DNA from: Deltaproteobacteria bacterium
GTDB lineage: Bacteria; Desulfobacterota; Dissulfuribacteria; Dissulfuribacterales; JALVPX01
DNA length: 64,000 nt
Reading direction: 5' to 3'
NCBI GenBank assembly: GCA_027023445.1
Contig: JALVVK010000126.1
Coordinates: forward strand, 4,740 to 68,739
This document shows positions 18,682 to 30,494 of this stretch, in pieces. The notes under the pieces were generated by a model that was not told where the DNA came from, did not search any database, and saw only the letters and a list, made by a program, of their open reading frames with translations. The first letter of the stretch is position 1. Every line of letters begins with the position of its first letter. The translations under genes and the position numbers were made by a program.

Positions 18682-19173
18682 TCAGACAAAGCGGCTGGCG
18701 ACCTCGTTGACAAGGGCCTCCGCCTGGAACCAGTCGGCCTGATCATCTCCAGGGGTCTTTCCCCTGGCCTCGTAGATGGAAAAGGCCACATTGGCAATCC
18801 ACTGAAACCTTGCCTCATCCGGATCGGAATCCTCCAGATAGACAAAACTCATCCTGGTCTTGGGTGCTCCCTGAATCTGCAGACCAACCACGGGATTCGG
18901 CGCATCGTCATCCTTAATAAGGTAAATAGCCCTTGGAACCTCAACCGAATGGAACGCCCGCACAGGGTCCCCGGAATCGGAAATACCGAGATAGACCTCC
19001 AGTTTCCGGTCTTCAGGATCATAGGTTACGCCTGCCAGGGGAAGGCCCGGGCTTCCCACCAGAACATCGTCTCCCAACAGTAAGGTGACGCGTCTGAACT
19101 GATTCTGACGACTAAAATCCTTGACAAAATCCGGCCACTCTTTCTTTAAAATACGTGTTTTCTTTGATGCCAT
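18682..19173 (-). CDS. Hypothetical protein, DUF5335-like N-terminus + DUF2934-like C-terminus
   Basis: W..FVKDFSR..Q N-terminus; IANVAFSIYEARG..PGDDQADWFQAE C-terminus; AAGGAGG RBS. Confidence 0.65.
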   Translation of the reverse strand: MASKKTRILKKEWPDFVKDFSRQNQFRRVTLLLGDDVLVGSPGLPLAGVTYDPEDRKLEVYLGISDSGDPVRAFHSVEVPRAIYLIKDDDAPNPVVGLQIQGAPKTRMSFVYLEDSDPDEARFQWIANVAFSIYEARGKTPGDDQADWFQAEALVNEVASRFV

Positions 19174-19318
19174 GCAGACACCTCCTTAATTAAAGACCAC
19201 GGACCCTGTTAATTCCTTTCTGACTCAAACAAAATATTTTGTCAAACAAAAAACCCGGGCATTCCGGCACAGCCTCCTGATCTGCAGGCAGGCAAGCCCC
19301 TGAAGGCCGGTCAGTTTT

Positions 19319-21355
19319 CTAACTTATCGGATCATAATGCGAAAACACCATGGTAAATGTTCCCCTGCCCTGGGTAACAGATCTTAAGGCAGTGGAGTAG
19401 CCGAACATCCTTGAAAGCGGCACCACCGCCCTTATGACCTGTATCGGTCCACGCGGCTCAATCTGTTCAATTCTTCCCTGGCGGCTGTTGATATCGCCTA
19501 TAACCTCCCCCATGAAGGCCTCTGGCACAAGCACCTCAAGACTCATCATGGGTTCAAGCAACACCGGGTCCGCTTGCTCACAGGCATGCCTGAGCCCCAT
19601 GGAGGCGGCCGCCCTGAAGGCGATATCCGTAGAGGCCCCCTCCTGGAATACCGCTTCCTTCAACCTGACCTCCACATCCACCATGGGAAAACCCTGAAGC
19701 ACGCCGCTCTCCAGGCCCTGTTCCAATGCCTGCAAAATCAAATCCAGATATCCCTCCGGAAGCTGTTCCGCCATGACCTCCGGGACCACCGAGTTGCCCT
19801 GACCGCGTTCCCTTGGAGCCACCTCAAGAACCACGGTCGCCACCTGTCTGGCCCCGGCAACCTCCCTGTCAAAACGTTCGGTCCACAAGACCTTTTTCTG
19901 GATGGTTTCCCGGTAAACGACCTGTGGCCTGCCCACGGTCACAGGCGCGTTAAACTCCCGCAGCAACCTGTGAACAAGGACATCCAGGTGAAGTTCCCCC
20001 ATGCCGGATATAATGGTCTGGCCTGTCTCCTCGTCAAACTTTACCCTGAAGGTGGGATCCTCTTCGGAGAGTTTACTCAACGCCGCGTCTATCTTTTCCT
20101 GATCACCCGCGGTTTTCGGCTCAACGGCAACGGATATGACCGGCTGATAGGTCTCGATCCGCTCAAGCAGTATCGGATGGTCAGGGCCACAGATGGTATC
20201 TCCCGTAGCCGTGTTCTTCAGCCCCATGACCGCCACGATGTCCCCGGCCCCGCTCTCCTTTATCCTCTCACGCTTGTTCGCGTGCATCCTGAGTATCCTG
20301 GCTGCCTTCTCCCTGCACTTTTTCCCCGGATTCAGGACCTCATCCCCCACCCTCAGGACCCCTGAATAAATCCTGACATATGTCATCTTCCTGCCCTGAT
20401 CCATCTGCACCTTAAACGCAAGGGCCGCAAACGGGGCATTTTCCCTTGGAGGCCTCTCGACATCCTGCCCGGTTTCAGGGTTAATGCCACGGACAGGGGG
20501 TATATCCAGGGGACTGGGAAGGTAACGGGAGATGGCTTCAAGTACCGGCTGCACCCCCTTGTTTTTAAGGGCGGAACCGCACAATACCGGCACACCATTA
20601 AGACCTATGCATGCCTTTCTGATGGCATCGTGGATTTCCCTGTCAGAGATATCCTCTTCTCCGAGATACTTTTCCATAATAACATCATCCACCTCCGCCA
20701 GACTCTCAAGCAGGGACTCCCTGGCCAGCGCGACCTCATCCGCATACTCCCCGGGCACAGGGACCATTTCAAACCGGCTGCCCTGGCTCTCTTCATCCCA
20801 GACAATCAGTTTCTGCGCCAGGACATCAAAGACCCCCCTGAACCGGTCCTCGGAACCGCAGGGGAGATTCAGTATGAGCGGATGTGCGCCCAGCCGCTCC
20901 TTCATCTGTTCAACAGTGCCCTTAAAATCCGCCCCTAACCGGTCCATCTTGTTGATAAAGGCTATTTTGGGAACCCCATATCTGTCTGCCTGATGCCAGA
21001 CATTCTCTGACTGGGGCTCTACCCCGCCTACCGCGCAAAACACTCCGACCGCGCCATCCAGCACCCTCAGGGAACGCTCCACCTCAATGGTAAAATCCAC
21101 ATGCCCCGGGGTATCTATGATATGGATCTCCCGGCCCTTCCAGTAACAGGTGGTAACCGCGGATGTTATGGTGATGCCGCGCTCCTGTTCCTCAGGCATC
21201 CAGTCCATGGTGGCCTGGCCGTCATGAACCTCACCTATCTTGTGGGTCTTTCCCGTGTAATACAATATACGCTCGGTGAGCGTGGTCTTTCCCGCGTCAA
21301 TATGGGCAATGATGCCAATGTTCCGCACCTGTCTGATTCTGTTTTCACCAGCCAT
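19319..21355 (-). CDS. fusA: Elongation factor G (copy outside the str operon)
   Basis: [49 protein letters not shown]. Confidence 0.95.
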   Translation of the reverse strand: MAGENRIRQVRNIGIIAHIDAGKTTLTERILYYTGKTHKIGEVHDGQATMDWMPEEQERGITITSAVTTCYWKGREIHIIDTPGHVDFTIEVERSLRVLDGAVGVFCAVGGVEPQSENVWHQADRYGVPKIAFINKMDRLGADFKGTVEQMKERLGAHPLILNLPCGSEDRFRGVFDVLAQKLIVWDEESQGSRFEMVPVPGEYADEVALARESLLESLAEVDDVIMEKYLGEEDISDREIHDAIRKACIGLNGVPVLCGSALKNKGVQPVLEAISRYLPSPLDIPPVRGINPETGQDVERPPRENAPFAALAFKVQMDQGRKMTYVRIYSGVLRVGDEVLNPGKKCREKAARILRMHANKRERIKESGAGDIVAVMGLKNTATGDTICGPDHPILLERIETYQPVISVAVEPKTAGDQEKIDAALSKLSEEDPTFRVKFDEETGQTIISGMGELHLDVLVHRLLREFNAPVTVGRPQVVYRETIQKKVLWTERFDREVAGARQVATVVLEVAPRERGQGNSVVPEVMAEQLPEGYLDLILQALEQGLESGVLQGFPMVDVEVRLKEAVFQEGASTDIAFRAAASMGLRHACEQADPVLLEPMMSLEVLVPEAFMGEVIGDINSRQGRIEQIEPRGPIQVIRAVVPLSRMFGYSTALRSVTQGRGTFTMVFSHYDPIS

Positions 21356-21515
21356 TATTCTTTTCCCTGTTATGTGGTAATGTCCATTGACAAAACTGTT
21401 CGATCTATTTAACAAAAAGGATGTCAACCCACAATAGCACAAATGAGGTGTCGGGGCACTTATGGAAGATGGTTACGAAGGATTCCGCATCCGGCTGTAA
21501 CACACAGGAGGTTTT

Positions 21516-22058
21516 GTGGCCACAAAATCAGTAATGAGCTCAAGTGAAATAGACAGGGCGCTTACCCGTATGGCCCATGAGATCGTCGAAAAACATAAGG
21601 GTGCGAGCGGACTTGTACTGATCGGCATCAGGACGGGAGGCGCGCCACTTGCCAGCCGGCTTACGGAAAAAATCGCCCTGGCCGAAGGAAGCAAGCCGCC
21701 TACCGGGATTCTGGACATCAATCTCTACAGGGATGACTGGAGCCGCCTTGGCCAGCACCCGGTTGTAAGAAAGACCGAGATCCCGCTTTCCATAGACGAC
21801 CGGAACATCGTGCTTGTTGACGATGTAATCTATACAGGGCGAACCATCCGGGCCGCGCTTGACGCACTGATGGATTTTGGCCGTCCGAAGAGGATACAGT
21901 TAGCGGTTCTTGTGGACCGGGGAAGGAGAGAACTTCCCATCCAACCTGATTTCGTGGGCATCAGGCTGCAGACTTCCTCCAGGGAGCGGGTAAATGTCTA
22001 CCTCAAGGAAATTTCAGGCCGTGACGAGGTGGTGATTGAGCAGAGCCAATCCGCCTGA
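21516..22058 (+). CDS. pyrR: PyrR pyrimidine regulator / uracil phosphoribosyltransferase
   Basis: RMAHEI, LDINLYRDD, VDDVIYTGRTIRAA, DRGRRELPI. Confidence 0.95.
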   Translation: MATKSVMSSSEIDRALTRMAHEIVEKHKGASGLVLIGIRTGGAPLASRLTEKIALAEGSKPPTGILDINLYRDDWSRLGQHPVVRKTEIPLSIDDRNIVLVDDVIYTGRTIRAALDALMDFGRPKRIQLAVLVDRGRRELPIQPDFVGIRLQTSSRERVNVYLKEISGRDEVVIEQSQSA

Positions 22059-22086
22059 CCACCCAAGCGTCCGCAGGATATGCTGC

Positions 22087-22420
22087 CTTGCAGAAACCGG
22101 TTCCACCAACGATCTTGCCATAAGGGCCGCCAAAAGCTGCTGAAACGGCCAAATGACATTTACATCCGGGACAAAAAAGTTTCAGGCATACTGTGTGAAC
22201 TTGTCCCGGAGGCAGACGCCACGGCCCTTGGAACAGGCATCAACATATCCACCAGGACGGACGCCTTTCCATCGGAACTGCGGCACACCGCATCCTCCAT
22301 GCTTGAGCAATGCGGCAATGCCCCACCGAATCCGAGCTTTTCAGCCGTCTGGCAAGACGTCTGCCAAAGACATGGCGCTCTCTTTCCGATGGGAATCTCA
22401 GAGGGCTGTGTAAAAGACTG
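22087..22420 (+). pseudogene. birA: Biotin--protein ligase remnant (deleted and frameshifted)
   Basis: LAETGSTNDLA (22087-22119, stop at 22141) in one frame; LKRPNDI..KKVSGILCE..GTGIN..FPSEL..ASSM in another; GRGR motif region missing. Confidence 0.75.
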
Positions 22421-22435
22421 TCAGGAGTAGAACTT

Positions 22436-23470
22436 ATGCAAGCGAAAATGCCGGAACAAAACAAGATTCTTGGGATTACCATGGGATGTCCGGCAGGAGT
22501 CGGCCCCGAGGTGATCCTTAAGGCCTTCTCACGCAGGCCGGAATGGGTTCTCAACCCGTCTGCCGTCGTCATCGGGGACATGGCCGTTCTGCGCAGGGCA
22601 TCCTCTGCCATGGGCGTTGATTTTCCCCTTGTTCCCTGGACTCCAGGCATGGAACCTGCCTCCGGATCCATCAACGTGTTCGAGGCAACCGGGCTCGACC
22701 CGGACGCAGTGCCCTGGGGCGGCCCCAACAGGGAATCAGGCATGGCGTCGTATCAGTACGTGGTAAAGGGGATAGAGCTGTGCAAAAAAGGGGTGCTTTC
22801 CGGCCTGGCAACAGCGCCTATCAGCAAAACCGGGCTCAGGATGGCGGATGTCCGTTATCCCGGCCACACAGAAATCCTGGCGGACATGACAGGCACCGTG
22901 TCCTATGCCATGATGATGGCAGGATCAAGGCTGAAGGTGATACTGGTCACCATCCACTGCGCACTTAAAGACGTGCCGGGGAAGATAAGCAGGGAACAGA
23001 TAGTGGAAAAGATAAGGCTTGCGTCCCAGGCCCTTTCCCGGGACCTTGGCCTTGAATCCGCGAAAATTGCCGTCGCGGGCCTCAATCCCCACGCGGGAGA
23101 GGGCGGCATCATGGGTGATGAGGAGGAACTCATCATCGCCCCTGCCGTGGAGCAGGCCCGCAAGCTGGGCATGGATGTCAGCGGTCCATTCCCACCGGAC
23201 ACTGTTTTTTACAACGCGGCACAGGGCGCCTTTGACGCGGTGATCTGCCAATACCACGATCAGGGTCTGATCCCCTTCAAGCTCTTACACTTCAGGGACG
23301 GAGTAAATGTCACCCTGGGGCTTCCCTTTGTGCGCACATCTGTTGACCATGGCACGGCATACGACATCGCGGGCAAGAATATCGCGCACAGCGAGAGTAT
23401 GGAGGCGGCAGTGGATCTTGCCGTGAAAATGATCAGGAACCGGTCACACCAGGCAGTTGGCAGAAAATAA
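22436..23470 (+). CDS. pdxA: 4-hydroxythreonine-4-phosphate dehydrogenase
   Basis: ITMGCPAGVGPE, YPGHTE, LNPHAGEGG, YHDQGLIP, RTSVDHGTAYDIAG. Confidence 0.95.
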   Translation: MQAKMPEQNKILGITMGCPAGVGPEVILKAFSRRPEWVLNPSAVVIGDMAVLRRASSAMGVDFPLVPWTPGMEPASGSINVFEATGLDPDAVPWGGPNRESGMASYQYVVKGIELCKKGVLSGLATAPISKTGLRMADVRYPGHTEILADMTGTVSYAMMMAGSRLKVILVTIHCALKDVPGKISREQIVEKIRLASQALSRDLGLESAKIAVAGLNPHAGEGGIMGDEEELIIAPAVEQARKLGMDVSGPFPPDTVFYNAAQGAFDAVICQYHDQGLIPFKLLHFRDGVNVTLGLPFVRTSVDHGTAYDIAGKNIAHSESMEAAVDLAVKMIRNRSHQAVGRK

Positions 23471-23474
23471 AATC

Positions 23475-24398
23475 ATGACGGCTGAACCGGTAGTGGCAAT
23501 TAATGGCCTGACAAAGGTCTTCGGGAAAAGACAGGCGGTGGCAGGCCTGAGGCTGGAAATCCTTCCTGGGGAATGCCTTGCGCTCTTAGGGCCAAACGGC
23601 GCGGGCAAGACCACCACCATCCATATCCTGCTCGGCCTTGTCAGGCCCACCAGCGGAAAACTCAAGGTATTCGGAAGGGACCTTTTCAAAAACCTGACAT
23701 GGACCAAGTCCAGAATAGGCGTTGTGCCCCAGAACGACAACCTTGACCCTGACCTGACCGTCATGGAAAACCTGCTCACATACGCCTCGTACTTCAGGAT
23801 AAAACGGCGGATCGCCCTTAAACGCTCCGGAGATCTTCTGAATTTCTTTGCGCTTAAAAACCGGAGCAACGACATCATACAGCACCTTTCCGGAGGACAA
23901 AGGCGAAGGCTTCTCCTCGCAAGGGCACTCATAAACGCCCCGGACCTTCTCATCCTTGATGAACCAACCATTGGACTTGACCCGCAGGCAAGACATCTTA
24001 TGTGGGAAAGGCTCCGCGCCCTGAGGGAACAGGGCACCACCATGCTGCTTACCACCCACTACATGGAAGAGGTCGGAAAACTGGCAAGCAGGGTGCTTAT
24101 CCTGAATCAGGGCAAACTGGTCGCCCAGGGCAGGCCCGGAGAACTGGTAACAAAAAAGGTCGGCATAGAGGTGTTTGAGGTACAGGATGGCATATCCGAC
24201 CTTAAAAAACTCCGAAACAGCCTTAAATCCTGTGATGTTGAAACCGAGCTGGTAAAGGATATACTCTATATATACGCCCACGCACACTGTGAAGAACTGG
24301 AGAGGCTGGCTGCCAGGTATCCCCGCCTGGTCCGCAGACCGGCCAATCTGGAGGATCTTTTCCTGAGACTTACCGGCAGAAAGCTGAGAGAAAATTAG
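23475..24398 (+). CDS. ABC transporter ATP-binding protein (NodI-like)
   Basis: GPNGAGKTT, VPQNDNLDPDL, LSGGQRRRL, LDEPTIGLDPQARHL. Confidence 0.9.
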   Translation: MTAEPVVAINGLTKVFGKRQAVAGLRLEILPGECLALLGPNGAGKTTTIHILLGLVRPTSGKLKVFGRDLFKNLTWTKSRIGVVPQNDNLDPDLTVMENLLTYASYFRIKRRIALKRSGDLLNFFALKNRSNDIIQHLSGGQRRRLLLARALINAPDLLILDEPTIGLDPQARHLMWERLRALREQGTTMLLTTHYMEEVGKLASRVLILNQGKLVAQGRPGELVTKKVGIEVFEVQDGISDLKKLRNSLKSCDVETELVKDILYIYAHAHCEELERLAARYPRLVRRPANLEDLFLRLTGRKLREN

Positions 24399-24402
24399 GC
24401 CG

Positions 24403-25152
24403 ATGTTATTCCACAAGGTATGGCTGAGAAACGCCAGGGTCTGGCGAAAACATATCAGGGCAAGCCTCATAGGCAATCTAGGACAGCCCTTTTTGTTCCT
24501 GTTGGCCATGGGCTATGGACTTGGCAGGCAGATTCCGGAAATCCATGGGCTTACCTACCTGCAGTTTATCGCTCCGGGCCTTGTTACTTCAGCGGTAATG
24601 TACAGCGCGGCATTTGAGACCACCTATGGATCCTATACCCGGCTCTCAACCCAGCGCACCTTTGAGGGCATACTCATGACCCCTGTAAGTGTGGAAGGCC
24701 TGGCCATGGGAGAGGTCTTCTGGGGCGCCACCAAGGGGCTCATATCCGGCATTATCATGCTTTGCGCCCTGCCCCTTTTCAACCTTGTTCCCTCCCCATG
24801 GGCCTCGCTCCTCATACCCTTGCTTTTCATCGAGGGGGTTTTCTTCGCGGCCCTTGGCCTTGTAATGACAACGCTTGCCCATGACTATGAATTCTTTAAC
24901 TACTTCACATCCCTTATAATAACCCCGTTGTTTCTTTTCTCAGGCATATTTTTCCCCATCAATGCCATGAATCCCGCAGCGCAGAAGATTCTTTACATCC
25001 TGCCGCTGACTCACGTGGTATCTCTTTCCCGAATGCTGTGCTACGGCCGTATCGACTCCACCTGGACATTCAACTTTCTCGTAATCCTTTCGGTTGCCGT
25101 TCTTGCCGCCTACACGGCAACTGTTCTGATGAGACGCAGGCTTATACAATGA
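24403..25152 (+). CDS. ABC-2 type permease (NodJ-like)
   Basis: YLQFIAPGL, PLFLFSGIFFP, LPLTH; about 6 TM helices. Confidence 0.9.
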   Translation: MLFHKVWLRNARVWRKHIRASLIGNLGQPFLFLLAMGYGLGRQIPEIHGLTYLQFIAPGLVTSAVMYSAAFETTYGSYTRLSTQRTFEGILMTPVSVEGLAMGEVFWGATKGLISGIIMLCALPLFNLVPSPWASLLIPLLFIEGVFFAALGLVMTTLAHDYEFFNYFTSLIITPLFLFSGIFFPINAMNPAAQKILYILPLTHVVSLSRMLCYGRIDSTWTFNFLVILSVAVLAAYTATVLMRRRLIQ

Positions 25153-25694
25153 CAGAAAGGCAAAAAGATATGGAGGTCACCATTGGCCTTTCAGATCTTT
25201 CGGATACGGAAAGGCTTGCCAGACATCTGGCACAGGCCCTTGATCCAGGCGACATAATACTGCTCTCAGGGAACCTGGGCACGGGGAAAACGGCCTTCAC
25301 AAAGGCCCTTGCTCAGGCGCTCGGGGTCCCCGCCCGCAGGATTACGAGCCCGTCCTTTGGCCTGCTTCACCATTATCCGGAGGCGGAAATTCCCCTGGTA
25401 CATGTTGATCTCTACCGCATGGGGCACGACGCGGACCCCGGCGCGATCGGCCTGGATGAATACCTGGACAACCTACATATTGTTGTTATAGAGTGGGCAA
25501 ACTACCTTATGTCGGGTCTTAAATGGACAAAGCAGGCGTTAACGCTGCATCTGGACTGGATCGACCAGGACAGAAGGCAGGCCACATTAAGGACTCAGGA
25601 GGAAAACTGGATGCAAAGGATAAAGGGGCTCATGCCCGTCATACACAAAAATCTCACAGGTAACAGGAAACATGACAAGCGTTCCGGTCCCTGA
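25149..25694 (+). CDS. tsaE: tRNA threonylcarbamoyladenosine biosynthesis ATPase
   Basis: LSGNLGTGKT, ITSPSF, HVDLYR, IEWA; ATG start overlaps the upstream stop. Confidence 0.9.
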   Translation: MTERQKDMEVTIGLSDLSDTERLARHLAQALDPGDIILLSGNLGTGKTAFTKALAQALGVPARRITSPSFGLLHHYPEAEIPLVHVDLYRMGHDADPGAIGLDEYLDNLHIVVIEWANYLMSGLKWTKQALTLHLDWIDQDRRQATLRTQEENWMQRIKGLMPVIHKNLTGNRKHDKRSGP

Positions 25695-28305
25695 AAACCT
25701 CGGCACGTTTATCAACGCCCTGCCGACCCCATGCGCCCTGCTGCTCTCCGGCAGGATCACGCATGCCAACAAGGCCTTCCATGGTCTTTTTAAGGCCAGG
25801 GGGGAACCCGATCTTATCAACCGCAGCGCCGTTGATCTGCTTCCGGATTTTACCCCCCAATATGTGTTGAAATTATTAAAAGACGGTCCTGACCCCGGCC
25901 ACCAGGTATCTGAATGGAAGACAGAGGGAGGACTTCCGCGTTCAGGTATATATGCCTGCAAGATGAGCTTTCATTCCCTGGACGCCGGATCCGGATGCGG
26001 GCAATGCCTCCTGTGGCATATTCAGGACCGCACCCACGATATCATCTCTGACCGATTCTCAACGGTGATATTCTGTTACCGCCATGACGATCCTTTATCA
26101 ACGACCTATCTGTCATCCCTGATAAAAAAGTGGACAGGATATGAGCCAAAAGACTTTTACCACGATGACGGGCTCTTTTCATTTCTTATTCATCCGGAAG
26201 ACAAAAAACGTGTACTGTCCACCCTTAAAAATGCCGCGAAAAAATCATCAGGGTTTGAAATCACCTACCGCCTATCCCACAGGGATGGCTCGTACCGCTG
26301 GATATGCCACAACGCCACGTTTAAAGACGCCGGTCCAAACAGCCCGGCTCATTTTTTCTGTTCCCTCAAGGACGTAACAGAAGAAAGAGAGGGAGAGCTT
26401 GCACTTGCCGAGGCCAGGGAAAGATACAGGCTGATCTTTCAAAAGGCCCCCATGGGTATCCTCTTCATCGACAGACAAGGTTATGTGGTAGACTGTAACC
26501 GTCAGCTTTGCGATCTGTTGGGGGTATCCAGGGCCTCTTTCCTGGGTCTTAACACCCTCACCACCCATAACCCGATACTGCGCACCATCTCAAGACACAT
26601 CCTCCGCGGGGTGGAGTATGACTACGAAGGCCCGTATCCAACAGGAGAATCCACAGGGGAAATACAGGTTTCCATATTATCCACCCCCCTTCTTGACGCA
26701 GGCAGATCGGTCCTCGGGGGTCTGTGCATCTTTCAGGATATCAGGAAACACCTGGCGCTGGAACGATACCTGCGCCAGGAAAGGGACTTCAGCCAGGCGG
26801 TGGTCGATTCCACGGGAATCGTTGTCATTGTCACTGACATAAACGCAAAGGTGCTCCGTATCAACCAGGCACTTTCAGATCTGACAGGTTATGAGGAAGA
26901 AGAAATACTGGACAGGCCCGTGTGGAACATGTTGATCCCGGAACGGGATTCACCCGCCTTCAGACATGAATTCCAGCATGCTCTCCTGGCTGGAAAATCC
27001 GGCCCGTTGGAGACCTCATGTATTACAAAAGACAGGGGGTTTAAAATCATGTCCTGGTCATTTGCCGTGCTCCCAGGCGCATCCCAGGGCCAGGACACGG
27101 TGGTCCTGACCGGACTTGACATAACCGCCCGCCATCAGCTGGAAGAACACCTGAGGAGGGGACAGAAGATGGAGGCCGTGGGCAGACTTGCCGGTGGAGT
27201 GGCCCACGAATTCAACAACCAGCTAACATCCATCCTGGGATACTGCCAGATCATACTCCAGGAAATAGATGAATCCAGCCCCATCTACAGAAAACTGAAA
27301 AAGGTCGAGAAGGCCGCGAGATGTTCGGCTGAAACCACCAGGCAACTCCTGGCCTTCAGCAAAAAACAGCATCTGTTTATGGAGCATACAGATCTTAACC
27401 CTGTAATCCAGGAGGGAGTGGAACTATTCAAACAATTTCTGGACGAAAACATACGCGTACGGATCAACCTTGCAGACCGCCCGCTCATGGTCAATATAGA
27501 CCGCACCCAGATCCAGCAGATCCTGCTGAACCTGGCCCTGAATGCCAGAGACGCCATGCCGCAGGAAGGCATATTAAAGATAGAGACATCAATGGTTTTC
27601 CTGGACAAAAAAGGGAAAAACTCCTCCATGCCGCTGCCCCCAGGTCCTTACGCCGCCTTCAGTATTGAAGACACGGGCATCGGCATGCCGCCTGAAATCA
27701 GGGAAAAGGCCTTTGATCCATTCTTTACCACAAAACCCGTAGGAAAAGGGGCAGGCCTTGGACTCGCCATGGTCTATGGAACCGTCAAACAATGCCGGGG
27801 CCATGTGATCATTGAAAGTAAAGAAAAAAAGGGTACCAGGGTGACCGTATTCCTCCCTCTGGCATCATCAAAGGAAGATATGGAGAAAAAACAGGACAGT
27901 ATCTCCTCCGGCCCGGAGCAACCCTGCCAGATACTCCTGGTGGAAGATGATGCACTCGCAAGGGATACGGTATCCGCAGTGTTGCGCAAATTAGGCTATG
28001 AAACCGTCTCCGTTGCATCTGCGGAAGAGGCCCTCCACCTTCTTCACCATGCGGCAAAACCTCCCGAGCTTATGCTCACAGATATTGTTCTGCCGGGGAT
28101 TAATGGCAGAGAATTGGCCCAAAAGGCCAGAGAAATATTACCTTCGCTCAATATAATATACATGTCAGGTTATCCCCGGGACATTCTCGATGTGGAGGAA
28201 GGCCCTGATACGGCAATTCCTCTTCTGATGAAGCCGTTTACCATTGAAAAACTCGCCCGCATACTTGTGGAGGTACTTGGGAAAAAGGCATCGGAGAAAA
28301 CTTAA
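25672..28305 (+). CDS. Cytoplasmic multi-PAS hybrid histidine kinase (CckA-like)
   Basis: Several PAS/PAC units, [28 protein letters not shown]-terminal REC (LLVEDD, LTDIVLP, KPF). Confidence 0.92.
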   Translation: MTSVPVPENLGTFINALPTPCALLLSGRITHANKAFHGLFKARGEPDLINRSAVDLLPDFTPQYVLKLLKDGPDPGHQVSEWKTEGGLPRSGIYACKMSFHSLDAGSGCGQCLLWHIQDRTHDIISDRFSTVIFCYRHDDPLSTTYLSSLIKKWTGYEPKDFYHDDGLFSFLIHPEDKKRVLSTLKNAAKKSSGFEITYRLSHRDGSYRWICHNATFKDAGPNSPAHFFCSLKDVTEEREGELALAEARERYRLIFQKAPMGILFIDRQGYVVDCNRQLCDLLGVSRASFLGLNTLTTHNPILRTISRHILRGVEYDYEGPYPTGESTGEIQVSILSTPLLDAGRSVLGGLCIFQDIRKHLALERYLRQERDFSQAVVDSTGIVVIVTDINAKVLRINQALSDLTGYEEEEILDRPVWNMLIPERDSPAFRHEFQHALLAGKSGPLETSCITKDRGFKIMSWSFAVLPGASQGQDTVVLTGLDITARHQLEEHLRRGQKMEAVGRLAGGVAHEFNNQLTSILGYCQIILQEIDESSPIYRKLKKVEKAARCSAETTRQLLAFSKKQHLFMEHTDLNPVIQEGVELFKQFLDENIRVRINLADRPLMVNIDRTQIQQILLNLALNARDAMPQEGILKIETSMVFLDKKGKNSSMPLPPGPYAAFSIEDTGIGMPPEIREKAFDPFFTTKPVGKGAGLGLAMVYGTVKQCRGHVIIESKEKKGTRVTVFLPLASSKEDMEKKQDSISSGPEQPCQILLVEDDALARDTVSAVLRKLGYETVSVASAEEALHLLHHAAKPPELMLTDIVLPGINGRELAQKAREILPSLNIIYMSGYPRDILDVEEGPDTAIPLLMKPFTIEKLARILVEVLGKKASEKT

Positions 28306-28492
28306 CCTGTTGAATCAACGGGTAATTTTCACAACAACGATAGAATAATATGCCCAAGGCAGTTGATAAAATAACCAGCCACTGCCATTGCGGTTGCGCA
28401 CAAGGACCAACTTGACAGGAAGATTGTTTTGACCTTAAAAACCTACACAAAAATTACTCCAAGAGTTGAGCCAGAAAAGGAGAAGTCTGCAA

Positions 28493-30394
28493 GTGAGTGA
28501 AAATTTTGATTCCAAGATCCAAGCCCTTACCAAAATCACGGAAAAGGTAACGCCTCCCCGCAGAATCACAGAGGAGGCGTTTATTAAGGATTACGACTCG
28601 GTTTATGCCTACTCCATAAGGGATCCTGAGGGTTTCTGGGGACAAATAGCCAGGGAACTGGAATGGTTCAGTCCTTGGACAAGGGTAAGGGAGATAGATT
28701 TTCCTTATCACAAATGGTTTGTGGGCGGCAAAACAAATATTACGCTGAATGCCCTGGACAGGCATGCTGAGTCGTGGCGCAGGAACAAGGTGGCGTTCAT
28801 CTGGCTCTCGGAGGAGGGAGAAGAGCTAACGGCCACCTATGGCCAACTCAGGGACAGGGTGAACCAGTTTGCCAATGCCCTCAAGGCAAAGGGCATAAAA
28901 AAGGGGGACCGGGTCATCATATACATGCCGCTTACCATTGAAGGCGCCATAGCCATGCTTGCCTGCGCCAGGATAGGAGCCATACATTCAGTGGTATACG
29001 CCGGCATGGGTGCAGGTGCCCTGCGTTCAAGGATCGAGGACTCCAGGGCCAGGGCCGTCATATGCGCTGACGTGGGGTACAGGCGCGGCAAGGTGGTACG
29101 TCTCAAGGCCACAGTGGATGACGCGCTTAAAGACATCGAGTATGTGGAAAGCGTGATAGTTCTCAGACGCCAGGCTCCAAAAATAGAACTGAGCGAATGG
29201 GAGGATGATTTCTGGGAAATTCTAAACGCCCAGAGCCATCACTGTTCCCCTGAAATAATGGATTCAGAAGATCCGCTTTTCATTCTTTATACATCGGGCA
29301 CCACGGGCAGGCCCAAGGGTGTAGTCCATGTCCATGGTGGATTTATGGTGGGCACCTACTACCTGACCAAGGCCTTTTTTGACGTAAAAGACAGGGATAT
29401 TTACTGGTCCACCTCTGACATCGGGTGGATAGTCGGCCATTCATATATAGTCTACGGGCCCCTTGTGGCTGGAGCCACGGTACTTATCCGGGAAGGAGCC
29501 CCTGATTATCCGCATCCTGGCATAATCTGGGAAAAGGTCCAGAAATACGGTGTCTCCGTAATATTCACGGCACCCACCGCGCTGCGTATGTTCATGCGCT
29601 TTGGAAAGGAACACATAGAAAAATTCGACCGCTCTTCCCTGCGTATCATTGCCTGCGCAGGCGAGCCCCTCAACCCAGAAGCATGGCATTTTGCCCAGGA
29701 AGTCATACTCGACAACAATGGCCATTGTATAGACAATTTCTGGCAGACAGAAGTGGCCTCTCCGATTCTGGGCACCATGCCAACAATGATCAACAAACCC
29801 GGACGTTGCGGCAAACCCATGCCAGGGGTAGTGGCAGACGTGGTGGATGAAAATGGATCTCCCATAGAGGCCGGACGGGGAGGCAACCTGATCCTGAGAC
29901 AGCCCCTACCCTACATGATGCGTACAATATATGGCGATCCCAAAAGATATGAGGAAGTCTGGAATATCATTCCCGGATGTTACTTTACGGGAGACGTGGC
30001 GGTGTGCGATGAGGACGGCTATTTCTCAGTGTTAGGCCGCTCTGATGACGTACTCAATGTCGCAGGCCACAGGATAGGAACCGCTGATCTGGAAAACGCC
30101 CTGGTCAGCCATCCGGCAGTGGCGGAAGCCGCGGCTATAGGCCTGCCTGACCCTGTAAAGGGGGAAAACATAAAGGTTTTCGTGGTATTAATAGCGGGGA
30201 AAAAAGCATCTGAAGGGCTCAGAAAGACCATAATCCAACATGTCCGTCACGAACTTGGCCCCATTGCCACGCCTGGTGAGGTGAAATTTGTGGATAAGCT
30301 GCCCAAAACCCGTTCTGGAAAGATTATGAGAAGACTCTTAAAGGCGCAGGAACTGGGTCAGGAACTTGGTGATACCTCCACCCTTGAGGATTAA
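28493..30394 (+). CDS. acs: Acetyl-CoA synthetase (acetate--CoA ligase)
   Basis: LYTSGTTGRPKG, WIVGHSY, WQTE, GRSDDVLNVAGHRIG, LPKTRSGKIMRR. Confidence 0.95.
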   Translation: MSENFDSKIQALTKITEKVTPPRRITEEAFIKDYDSVYAYSIRDPEGFWGQIARELEWFSPWTRVREIDFPYHKWFVGGKTNITLNALDRHAESWRRNKVAFIWLSEEGEELTATYGQLRDRVNQFANALKAKGIKKGDRVIIYMPLTIEGAIAMLACARIGAIHSVVYAGMGAGALRSRIEDSRARAVICADVGYRRGKVVRLKATVDDALKDIEYVESVIVLRRQAPKIELSEWEDDFWEILNAQSHHCSPEIMDSEDPLFILYTSGTTGRPKGVVHVHGGFMVGTYYLTKAFFDVKDRDIYWSTSDIGWIVGHSYIVYGPLVAGATVLIREGAPDYPHPGIIWEKVQKYGVSVIFTAPTALRMFMRFGKEHIEKFDRSSLRIIACAGEPLNPEAWHFAQEVILDNNGHCIDNFWQTEVASPILGTMPTMINKPGRCGKPMPGVVADVVDENGSPIEAGRGGNLILRQPLPYMMRTIYGDPKRYEEVWNIIPGCYFTGDVAVCDEDGYFSVLGRSDDVLNVAGHRIGTADLENALVSHPAVAEAAAIGLPDPVKGENIKVFVVLIAGKKASEGLRKTIIQHVRHELGPIATPGEVKFVDKLPKTRSGKIMRRLLKAQELGQELGDTSTLED

Positions 30395-30494
30395 ATCCAG
30401 GGGTTGGATGGTACCGCGCGGTTCTCTTGACCGGCACCTGATGTTTCAGAAAACGGAGGCATATCGTGTATGCCTCCGCAGGGTGTTTTCCTGT

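Noticed and set aside
19319..21355. Tetracycline ribosomal protection protein or degenerate EF-G2
   Set aside because: The GTPase and C-terminal motifs are typical of EF-G; extra fusA copies are common.
21403..21435. dif-like site (TTTTGTTAAAT arm on the minus strand)
   Set aside because: No XerC-like arm at 6-bp spacing; better explained by divergent fusA/pyrR promoters.
23475..25152. Nod-factor export
   Set aside because: NodIJ-like ABC-2 exporters are widespread, and no nodABC genes are present.
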